In this document: in pieces, positions 16,959-24,403 of the stretch
Layout of the letters: each line of letters starts with the position of its first letter
Numbering within the stretch: position 1 is the first letter of the stretch
Virus record (IMG/VR): IMGVR_UViG_3300008116_000046
Location: 1 to 58,460 of that record
Length of the DNA stretch: 58,460 nt
Origin: a virus
Taxonomy: Duplodnaviria; Caudoviricetes
Strand: one strand, 5' to 3'
The notes under the pieces: generated by a model
The model's input: the letters and a program-made list of their open reading frames with translations, nothing else
What the model was told of the DNA's origin: nothing
Databases searched by the model: none
Position numbers and translations under genes: made by a program

Positions 16959-17103
16959 TGAGAACCAAAACTCTCACATTCAAGGCACCAGATAAGATGA
17001 GGACTATAATTCTTATCTTTGCAGTTGCATTTGTATTCTCTCCTGGAGTGCGAAATGCAACTGCAAATACTCTTTACACTGTTGCTGACCTCATTTCCAC
17101 CAA

Positions 17104-17289
17104 ATGACTGTTGCTGAATTTATTGAAAAACTCAAAGAGTTTCCACTTGATCAAGAAGTAAGAATTACTGATGAATACAGGTATAACTTTTATCAAGGTG
17201 ATTTTGAATTCCAACTCTTTGAGGAGGTAAATGGTTCTACCTTTGTGGATATTGGTGTTGGTGGATTTGATGAGTTTGATGACGATTAG
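17104..17289 (+). CDS. Hypothetical protein (MTVAEFIEKLKEFP)
   Basis: N-terminus typical of small phage proteins. Confidence 0.65.
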   Translation: MTVAEFIEKLKEFPLDQEVRITDEYRYNFYQGDFEFQLFEEVNGSTFVDIGVGGFDEFDDD

Positions 17290-17302
17290 CAAGGACTCTT
17301 TA

Positions 17303-17854
17303 ATGGACATTTACTCTCACCTCAAAGAAAGAAATGTCAATATGAGTCTTCATCGACCAATCATTGATGAAGAGAATTGTATTGCAACTTATCTGCTTTA
17401 TAATCTCTCTGGTCAAATTGTAGGTTATCAGCAATACAATCCACTTGGTGATAAGAAAATCAATAATAAACCACAAGCAAAGTATTATACTTATGTGAGC
17501 AAGAATAAAAGTTCTGTTGTTCTTTATGGTCTTGAGAGTCTGGATATATCTGATGGTGTGATTTATGTAACTGAAGGCATCTATGATGCAATGCGACTCA
17601 CAAATAAAGGTCAAACTGCACTTGCAACTCTCACAAATAGTCCATCCAAAGATGTAATCAATCAACTCAAACTTCTGAATCGACCTATTGTTGTTGTTTG
17701 TGACAATGATGATGCAGGACGCAAACTTGCAAAGTGTGGCGATTATGTAGAAGTTGTTGAGGGTGCAAAAGACCTATCAGAAGCACCCGAATCTTATGTC
17801 AATCACCTGATTGAAAAGTATGGTGGTGTGCCACTTGTACCGCTGGCACAGTAA
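17303..17854 (+). CDS. Small TOPRIM-domain (primase-like) protein
   Basis: VTEGIYDA and CDNDDAG TOPRIM motifs; KDLSE; AAGGA RBS before ATG 17303. Confidence 0.8.
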   Translation: MDIYSHLKERNVNMSLHRPIIDEENCIATYLLYNLSGQIVGYQQYNPLGDKKINNKPQAKYYTYVSKNKSSVVLYGLESLDISDGVIYVTEGIYDAMRLTNKGQTALATLTNSPSKDVINQLKLLNRPIVVVCDNDDAGRKLAKCGDYVEVVEGAKDLSEAPESYVNHLIEKYGGVPLVPLAQ

Positions 17855-17884
17855 ATGAGCACGGTGCCCAAAATGTGGTAGATT
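17828..17884 (+). promoter_or_regulatory. Palindrome-promoter element 15
   Basis: GTGCCAC-N8-CTGGCAC then AGTAAATGAGCAC; TAGATT 29 bp after the palindrome. Confidence 0.75.
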
Positions 17885-17935
17885 AAGAAGGTGGAGGGAG
17901 TGAGTCCCGCCCGAGTCCAATTCTTCATTTTTATT

Positions 17936-18610
17936 ATGGATCGCACTCAAGTTATTGCAAAGATTCAGTCCATTCTGAAACTGCAAGAAAATACCACTTT
18001 TGATGGTGAGGCATCCGCTGCCGCTGCAATGATTGATAAACTGTGCAAACAGTATGGTATTACAATCAATGAGGCAACTGAAACTCAAGTTATTGATGAG
18101 GAGTTTTTCACTTTCAAGCGTGTTAATGCTGCACTGAGTCTTCTGCTTAATGCTGTTGCAAACTTCTATGATGCAAAAGCATATCTGAAGAATGGTGATA
18201 CTAAATCCATTCAGGTAATCGGTTCTGAGGCACAACAAATCCAAGTGCGACTCTATTATGATTACCTGGTGCAAGTGATGGAGAAAGAAGCAGAAGTTGC
18301 ACATCAAGCAGAGAAAGTTCTTTCTTCTCTGACTGGTATTACTGTTTCCCGCAGTTTCAAGATTAACTTCCGCAAGGCATTTGCTGAGAAAGTATCTTTG
18401 CGACTGCAAGAAATGAAACAGGAAGAGGGTCGAGTTCACGATGATGCTGATGCAGTGAAAAACAAACTCTCTGCTATGCGATTCGGACGTGCAAAGAAAA
18501 TGAATGGTGCAAGCGGTGCTGGTGCTTATGCTGGTTCTAATGTTGGTGCTGGTGTTTCTTTGAACCGTCAAGCATCTGGTTCTGTTGCAAAGCAACTGTG
18601 TGGGGTATAG
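17936..18610 (+). CDS. DUF2786-like protein
   Basis: IAKIQSILKL......EA.AA......L.KQYGI N-terminus; C-terminal G...G..VSLNRQ. Confidence 0.7.
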   Translation: MDRTQVIAKIQSILKLQENTTFDGEASAAAAMIDKLCKQYGITINEATETQVIDEEFFTFKRVNAALSLLLNAVANFYDAKAYLKNGDTKSIQVIGSEAQQIQVRLYYDYLVQVMEKEAEVAHQAEKVLSSLTGITVSRSFKINFRKAFAEKVSLRLQEMKQEEGRVHDDADAVKNKLSAMRFGRAKKMNGASGAGAYAGSNVGAGVSLNRQASGSVAKQLCGV

Positions 18611-18671
18611 ACCCCCACTATGTGGGACGCATATAATTGTACTCTTAATCATTCTTTTCTGAGATTAAAAA

Positions 18672-19001
18672 ATGGAAATGCAACTTTCGATTGGTGAGTG
18701 TCAAGTGATGTGGGTTATTGGTGCTGCTGAGCGACTCGCAACCCTGGGACTACTTTCTCCCGATATTCCGATGCGACTTAGTGCTGAAGCAGTGGATCTT
18801 TTTATGGAAATTGATCGGGATGTTAATTTGCTCTTCCCGAATGATTTTGAAGTTGCAAGCATCTTCCGCGAAATTGCATCTAGGCACAATGAACATGAAG
18901 TTGATGAAGCAAATACCAATCAAATTGTACATCTGATTCTTGAGTATAAGAATAATCGCACGGAACTGGTGAAGTATGCACTCTCGCACCAACTCACCTG
19001 A
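18672..19001 (+). CDS. Hypothetical protein
   Basis: Clean ORF. Confidence 0.65.
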   Translation: MEMQLSIGECQVMWVIGAAERLATLGLLSPDIPMRLSAEAVDLFMEIDRDVNLLFPNDFEVASIFREIASRHNEHEVDEANTNQIVHLILEYKNNRTELVKYALSHQLT

Positions 19002-19016
19002 GTCCAATGATACGCT

Positions 19017-19073
19017 GTGCCACTTGTACTGGTGGCACACTAAAAGAGCACGGGGTCCGAAATGTGGTATTCT
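19017..19073 (+). promoter_or_regulatory. Palindrome-promoter element 16
   Basis: GTGCCAC-N8-GTGGCAC then ACTAAAAGAGCAC; TATTCT 29 bp after the palindrome. Confidence 0.8.
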
Positions 19074-19130
19074 TAAAGGGTGGAGGGAGCAGGTCGCACT
19101 GTCCCACCTAAGTCCCATTCTTAATTGTTT

Positions 19131-19703
19131 ATGACTTCTTTCACTGTTGTTAAAAAGGGCGAAGAGATTCAGTTTGATTCTGCTTTCGCAGATGTAAATG
19201 AAGCAAAAACCTATTTGCTTCAGAAAATGTCTTACAATGACTTCGCAATGAATCTTGTTGAGGCAAAGAAAGTCTCTGCAAAGCAAATTGCTTGGATGCA
19301 CTATCTTGCAACTCAAGATGTCATTGATTCTCAAACTCCTGTTGAGTTTGGTCCTTACAAGCAACTGGTGAATAAGATGTATGACACAATGACTGCTAAA
19401 AAGTTTCAGGTGCGCCTGCCTGGAATGACTCTGAGCACGGTAAATAAAGGTGCAAACATTGGTTGTGTTTATGTCTTCGAGAATGGCAAATATGTTGGTA
19501 AGATTACTTCCACTGGTGATCTGAAAGGTGATGCGAGTGAGGATGTGCTGAATATGCTGGAGGATGCAAATGATAATCTCCTGCAACTGGCGAAGATTTA
19601 TGGTCATCAGACTGGCACTTGTTCGATTTGTGCTCGCACTCTGAATGATCCTCTCTCTGTGCAGATGGGAATTGGTCCTGTTTGTGCTAAGCGCCTTGCC
19701 TAG
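19131..19703 (+). CDS. DUF6011-like zinc-finger protein
   Basis: C-terminal CSICARTLNDPLSVQMGIGPVC. Confidence 0.75.
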   Translation: MTSFTVVKKGEEIQFDSAFADVNEAKTYLLQKMSYNDFAMNLVEAKKVSAKQIAWMHYLATQDVIDSQTPVEFGPYKQLVNKMYDTMTAKKFQVRLPGMTLSTVNKGANIGCVYVFENGKYVGKITSTGDLKGDASEDVLNMLEDANDNLLQLAKIYGHQTGTCSICARTLNDPLSVQMGIGPVCAKRLA

Positions 19704-19739
19704 TTTCTAATTCATCTGTCCCACATAACAACAACTCCA

Positions 19740-19988
19740 ATGTTCGATCAACTTATTTTTGAAGCACACCCTATTCCTGGTGCAATTCAAGCAAGGTATA
19801 AGTTCAGCAATGATTGGAGTATTTCTGTTGTTTCTGGACTTCCTGGAAGTGGATTATATGGTAATGTGACTGATAATACATATGAAGTTGCAATCTTCCG
19901 CCCGAATGGAAATATGACTGAAGATGTAATTGGTTGGAATACAAAAGCAGAAGTTTCTGCAATGATGAGAGTTTTGGTTCAACTGTAA
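19740..19988 (+). CDS. Hypothetical protein (F.N.W.ISVV...YEVAI)
   Basis: Clean ORF. Confidence 0.7.
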   Translation: MFDQLIFEAHPIPGAIQARYKFSNDWSISVVSGLPGSGLYGNVTDNTYEVAIFRPNGNMTEDVIGWNTKAEVSAMMRVLVQL

Positions 19989-20008
19989 ATCTTTATCACT
20001 CACTAAAA

Positions 20009-20227
20009 ATGTCTAAAACTCATCGCAACTACGGCAATCATTATCCCTATCGCAAACCGAAAACATTCAATGAGCGCAAACAGTTGGAAACCTTGTTGCA
20101 CGATGATGAAGTTGAATTGAGTAATCGCGAAAAGGCAAAAGTCAATAATCTTCCCACTGTTTATGATGATATTGTAAAGAGTGGATTTTATGAAGAATAT
20201 AACTGGAAACACTACTGGGATTGTTAA
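20009..20227 (+). CDS. Hypothetical protein (RKPKT..ER...LPT.YDD)
   Basis: ATG at 20009. Confidence 0.65.
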   Translation: MSKTHRNYGNHYPYRKPKTFNERKQLETLLHDDEVELSNREKAKVNNLPTVYDDIVKSGFYEEYNWKHYWDC

Positions 20228-20233
20228 ACACAC

Positions 20234-20467
20234 ATGAAAATCACAACAATGCAAACTCTTTCACATTTCATTGAAGAACTGGAAGCAGATTTGAATGATC
20301 TTGCAATTCAAATGAATGATGAAGTTGATGCTCATTGTTTGGATGATAATGATGATGATGGTTGGCATGAAACTCATATGGAGCAATTAAATGATGAGTA
20401 TGAAGAGAAACAAGAACATCTGAGTAATCTTAAAACTCTGTTGAGTTCTCTACGCGCTTATGAGTGA
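20234..20467 (+). CDS. Acidic coiled-coil hypothetical protein
   Basis: Clean ORF. Confidence 0.6.
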   Translation: MKITTMQTLSHFIEELEADLNDLAIQMNDEVDAHCLDDNDDDGWHETHMEQLNDEYEEKQEHLSNLKTLLSSLRAYE

Positions 20468-20515
20468 CCGAGGCATACATCAGGGATGCTGATGGGTAGA
20501 AGAACCGTAAACCCC

Positions 20516-20544
20516 TTGACAAGCGCCCAGATCCGTGCTATGAT
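20516..20544 (+). promoter_or_regulatory. Consensus sigma70 promoter
   Basis: TTGACA-17 bp-TATGAT with TG extension. Confidence 0.8.
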
Positions 20545-20778
20545 GAACGAAGTTCAGAGGATGAGACAGTGACCACTGCACAACGGATGGAGAAAAAGTT
20601 TTTCATTAACTTCATTCAACTTGTTAATGAAGTACAAAGTGCAAAGACTCAACTTCCTTCTCAAGCAAAGTCTTACAAAAAGTCCGCCTGGGTGAAGCAG
20701 ATTTCAAATCCCAAGCAAAAAGCAGATGCACTGTCCCGCGTTTAAGTTTTAATTCTCTCAACACTCAAACAAACAACA

Positions 20779-21006
20779 ATGATGTCTACTTTCACTCAAG
20801 TTCAAAACTTCATCATTAACTATCTGGAGAGTGGATATGATATGTACGATGGAATGCAAGATCCTATCACTGCCAGTGATGTATCAACTTGGTGTGGTTA
20901 TGCTTCTTTTGAGGATAATATGAAAGAAATTGCAGATGCTGTTGAGGATCTTTCTCTGATGGAGGATGTTGCTAAAGCAGTCAATCTGTACTTTAATTTG
21001 ATCTAA
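20779..21006 (+). CDS. Acidic hypothetical protein
   Basis: Clean ORF. Confidence 0.6.
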   Translation: MMSTFTQVQNFIINYLESGYDMYDGMQDPITASDVSTWCGYASFEDNMKEIADAVEDLSLMEDVAKAVNLYFNLI

Positions 21007-21207
21007 CTCTTTCTTCTTTCTTCACCAACACTCACTCAAACAAAATGATCATTAAGTACACTTTCGACATTGAAACCCAACAACCTGCTTATGCAATTTG
21101 TAATGATAATCACCAATGTGGATATGTAACTTATGACATCACAAAAGCAATCAAAGCAGTTCAATGTAAAGACTTCGATCAAGTTCAACAACTCATCAAT
21201 GCCTGAA

Positions 21208-21405
21208 ATGACTGATTTTGTAATGGTTCAATCTATTGCTGAAATGATTACACAATCTGCAACTGATCCTCAAACAGTTATTAACATTCAAGAGATGCAC
21301 AAACATCCTAAAGGTGCAGAAACTCTTCGATTGATTGTAAGAGATAACATTGCAGGTGCAGGTGATGTTATTGCTAATGCACTTTTGAATAAAGTAAGCA
21401 ACTGA
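21208..21405 (+). CDS. Hypothetical protein
   Basis: ATG at 21208, directly after a 53-aa ORF at 21045-21206. Confidence 0.55.
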   Translation: MTDFVMVQSIAEMITQSATDPQTVINIQEMHKHPKGAETLRLIVRDNIAGAGDVIANALLNKVSN

Positions 21406-21964
21406 AATGATTTCTCTTCCTAATCCAATGATTGATTCTGTAGAACTTCATTCCACTCTTTTTGAACTCTGCAAAGAGAATGATGAATTACTCGAACAAA
21501 TTCTAGATGAATATGTAAGTTCTCTTAACAATGATGAATTGAATCATCTAGAAGACTTCCTGGTAAACAACTTTGGCAATGACTGAGGACAAAATGTACA
21601 ATCAAGTTCAGATTACTTATCAAACTCCCTATGGCAATCAAGAATGGAGGTTTCAATCTTTCCCTAATGTAAGAGAAGCACAATCAATGGTTGATTTTTA
21701 TAGGTCTTGTGGTTCGCCTGCTAAACTTGTAGAAGATAATGATGACTGAATTGATTTTTAGATTCACTCTTGAAGAACTCAATGTCCTTCAAGATATTCT
21801 TTCATTCTTTGATGGCAATGATTATGAAGATGATTTAGATGTAGAGAATTATCAGTCCCTATTCAACAAGGTAATGTCTAACTGATGAAAAAGAAAACTA
21901 AAATCAATCTGCTGTCAAAAGCAATCAACGGTAAAGAACTTCTCATTATCCTAAACTCCCTGAA

Positions 21965-22165
21965 ATGATTCTCCTTCAAAAACAAGATTACGGTTGCATC
22001 TTTACGATTGACCCTGATTCAAAAGAATTGTATTATGCTCCTATCTACAAAGACAATACTGTAAATCTAAATGAATTTGCACCTGTTGATCTTGCTGATG
22101 TAGATGATGAGTATGATGTACTCACAATTCAAAAAGAACTGATTCAACTTACTATTAACAACTGA
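21965..22165 (+). CDS. Hypothetical protein (ELYYAPI)
   Basis: Clean ORF. Confidence 0.65.
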   Translation: MILLQKQDYGCIFTIDPDSKELYYAPIYKDNTVNLNEFAPVDLADVDDEYDVLTIQKELIQLTINN

Positions 22166-22376
22166 TGAACGATTCAACACTTGATCTTTTCTGCCAGCAT
22201 GAAGATGAAAATTATGCTGATGAATATGCAATGGAGATTGAAAGGAAATGTGCTGAATTAGAAATTACTGTCGATTATTACTTGATGGAGTTTATTTAAG
22301 TTGTTATATTAAATGTATTAAAAAACATATGTAAGTGTTTTGAATTGCTGATAAATATCTGATTCTTATCACTTAT

Positions 22377-22425
22377 TAAAACCCTTATAAACTCCTATAA
22401 ATTAAGTTCTTAAAACCCTTATAAA
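22377..22425. repeat. Direct repeat TAAAACCCTTATAAA in an AT-rich tract
   Basis: Exact 15-bp copies at 22377 and 22411; partial copies near 22394, 22568 and 22653. Confidence 0.7.
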
Positions 22426-22454
22426 TGCTGGTTTTTGTAGTGATCTTGGGCTGT

Positions 22455-22512
22455 ATTCTATCACAACACCACTGTTTTGTCAATACCCCCCGGACACTCC
22501 AAAAACTGGCAC
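22455..22512 (-). promoter_or_regulatory. Inverted palindrome-promoter element 17
   Basis: Minus strand: GTGCCAG-N8-GTGTCCG; TTGACA (22483-22478)-17 bp-TAGAAT (22460-22455) with TG extension; same 30-bp palindrome to -10 gap. Confidence 0.8.
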
Positions 22513-22654
22513 ACCCTGATAAGAATCACAAACGCTCTGAGACACCTCTATATGCCTCCACAGCACGCTTATAAACACTCTCAGGGGTGAGACTACCGAA
22601 TAGCACTGATTCGCTCTTATTTTAGTTAGGGTTTCATAACACAAAATGAAACCT

Positions 22655-22662
22655 TATAAATA
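22655..22662 (+). promoter_or_regulatory. Late promoter TATAAATA with no downstream ORF
   Basis: Consensus match directly after hairpin GGTTTCAT/ATGAAACC (22630-22653). Confidence 0.5.
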
Positions 22663-22936
22663 AATCATCTATTTGAATTCATTAGAGCAGCTCTTGAACT
22701 TTCCTACGGGACCAAAAAGGTAACAATCTGACAGAAGACAATAGAACTTACACATTATGAGAGATTGATTATTATCAAAGAGGGAGTTAGAACACGGTCT
22801 CCGGCACAATAAAATCGTTAAGATGATTATATCTTAGAAATCCAAACAGCGGCACATTCGAATAAATCAGCATTCTCTGGATGATAAGTTTTCTATGCAA
22901 AACTTTGAAATTTGTGAGAAGGTTTTGTTGTGTTTA

Positions 22937-23246
22937 TTCGTTATTAGATAAGACACCGTACAGAACCATCAGAATCAAACAGACAATGAGATTACATCTC
23001 AGAACTTGTTCGTGATTAGATAAGATTCGTACAGAGATTTGATAATGCGAACTGATGAGAATTAAGAACTCATAAGTTTGTTCGTGATTAGATAAGATTC
23101 GTATAGAGCATAACAATATAACACTGCTGTTATATTCTAATCTGATAATTCATTCGTGTTTAGATAAGATTCGTATTGGAGAATTGGTTGTATAAGTCTT
23201 CCGCGCACTTACAGATAGAAAGTATTCGTGTATAATTAAGATTCGT
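22937..23246. repeat. Interspaced repeat array: 5 copies of TTCGTGATTAGATAAGATTCGTA-like repeat, 72-bp period, unique spacers
   Basis: Repeat starts 22937, 23009, 23081, 23153, 23225; copies 2 and 3 identical over 26 bp. Confidence 0.85.
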
Positions 23247-23259
23247 TGTAGGGAATAAC

Positions 23260-23288
23260 TTGACGGGTAGAGTAGGGTCTGGTAGAAT
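23260..23288 (+). promoter_or_regulatory. Sigma70 promoter
   Basis: TTGACG-17 bp-TAGAAT with TG extension. Confidence 0.75.
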
Positions 23289-23329
23289 TCAACAGTAGAG
23301 TTTATTCGTTCCTCCGTTCTTTCTCTCTT

Positions 23330-23497
23330 ATGGCAACTGCTTCTCTCACAGCACAAAAGAATAAGTATCGCATCACGTTAGAACTCAACGTGAATGAAGA
23401 TTTTAATCCACATCAGATTAACTGGAACAAACTCTTTGAACTTGATCGTAATGAACAGGTGAAGAGTTATGTAGAAGATCTCAACGTGCGTTGGTAA
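23330..23497 (+). CDS. 55-aa hypothetical protein (KYRITLEL...DFNPHQINW)
   Basis: Translated by hand; has its own promoter. Confidence 0.7.
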   Translation: MATASLTAQKNKYRITLELNVNEDFNPHQINWNKLFELDRNEQVKSYVEDLNVRW

Positions 23498-23990
23498 TTA
23501 GAATACTCTTCAAATCGCCCTAAGTGTATTATACTCAGCGTCAGTAAGGTACATCGCCTGATAGATGTTTCGTTTATTATTATTACTTTGTCTGATTGTT
23601 TATATCACTTGGGGCAACTTAATTCTTTATAGTTATTATTGTTCGTCGTTAATTGGCAGCAGTTCGTATAAAGAATAGGCAGTTCTTTATGTATAAGTAG
23701 GGTTTTTGTTGGGAGTTAGTGTAAAGAACTGCGTTGTTTTATAGTAATAACGCAGTGATTGGGGGCAGTTAGTATAAACAATGACGAATAATGATAGTTA
23801 TTCGTTGTCAGTTGTTTATTCGTTATAGCAGTTATTATGTTTTATTGTTAATTGTTTATATTTTGCGTTGCCCCCCGTTATGAAAAATCGATAAGTCCCT
23901 AACCTACAGTGTATGTCTTTTTCGACCTCTATCTCACTCTCATAAAAAAAAAAATTTCCCAGAAAAAAATGGCACCAAAAAGCAAATAAA

Positions 23991-24131
23991 ATGAAACACC
24001 GCCCATATTGGAGTTTCTGGAAAGTAGTCTTTGCGGGGTGGCTGATACGCTATCCGGGGAAAATGCTGAAAATCTTTGGCGTTCCGCTTGGAATTCTGAC
24101 TGTTATGATATATAATGCAGTGACCAAATAA
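23991..24131 (+). CDS. 46-aa membrane peptide (PYWSFWKVVFAGWLIRYP)
   Basis: Translated by hand. Confidence 0.55.
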   Translation: MKHRPYWSFWKVVFAGWLIRYPGKMLKIFGVPLGILTVMIYNAVTK

Positions 24132-24153
24132 AAAATTCCCGAAAAATTTTTTT

Positions 24154-24354
24154 ATGAGAAATCAAGAAAAGATATATCACATATATGCAAAGGATAAGTG
24201 CATATATCACAGTCTTCCAGAGGAAAAATTTTCTGAGGTCTGGGAGATGCTACACAGGATGGTTGATTTGCTTGGGAAAGACATAAACAAAGATGATTTA
24301 CAATATGAATCTTTGTTTGTGAATAAAGAGGTTGTATTAAATTCTTCTCATTGA
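24154..24354 (+). CDS. Hypothetical protein (YHIYAKDKC)
   Basis: Clean ORF. Confidence 0.65.
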   Translation: MRNQEKIYHIYAKDKCIYHSLPEEKFSEVWEMLHRMVDLLGKDINKDDLQYESLFVNKEVVLNSSH

Positions 24355-24380
24355 CAATCGAATATATACAGTGTTAATAT
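24351..24380 (+). promoter_or_regulatory. Sigma70-like promoter
   Basis: TTGACA-18 bp-TAATAT with TG extension, upstream of ATG 24404. Confidence 0.55.
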
Positions 24381-24403
24381 TGAAATGAAGGTTTATTAAC
24401 TTT

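Noticed and set aside
17777-19607. Long minus-strand ORFs 17777-18652 and 18750-19607 (also 8089-8703 and 11346-11945)
   Set aside because: Antisense shadows of well-supported + strand genes; no motifs, and three of them cross promoter elements.
546-22512. Reading TGGCAC in the palindromes as sigma54 -24 boxes, or the N8 palindrome as an NtcA/CRP site
   Set aside because: No TTGC -12 box at the right distance, sigma70-type -10 boxes sit at a fixed 29-31 bp, and the arms do not match GTA-N8-TAC or TGTGA-N6-TCACA.
22663-22930. Pseudogene downstream of the late promoter at 22655
   Set aside because: The + frames examined contain frequent stops and no recognisable protein fragment; treated as non-coding leader.
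22937-23246. Calling the 72-bp array a bona fide CRISPR or TIGR array
   Set aside because: The repeat is non-palindromic and degenerate at both ends, spacers carry their own hairpins, no second repeat appears at half-period, and no cas or Nop-domain gene is recognisable in the window. Kept as an unclassified array.
22934-23356. Minus-strand ORFs with repeated RILSNHE peptides
   Set aside because: By-product of a 72-bp (multiple of three) DNA period; stops follow two of the repeats, and one repeat copy has an indel.
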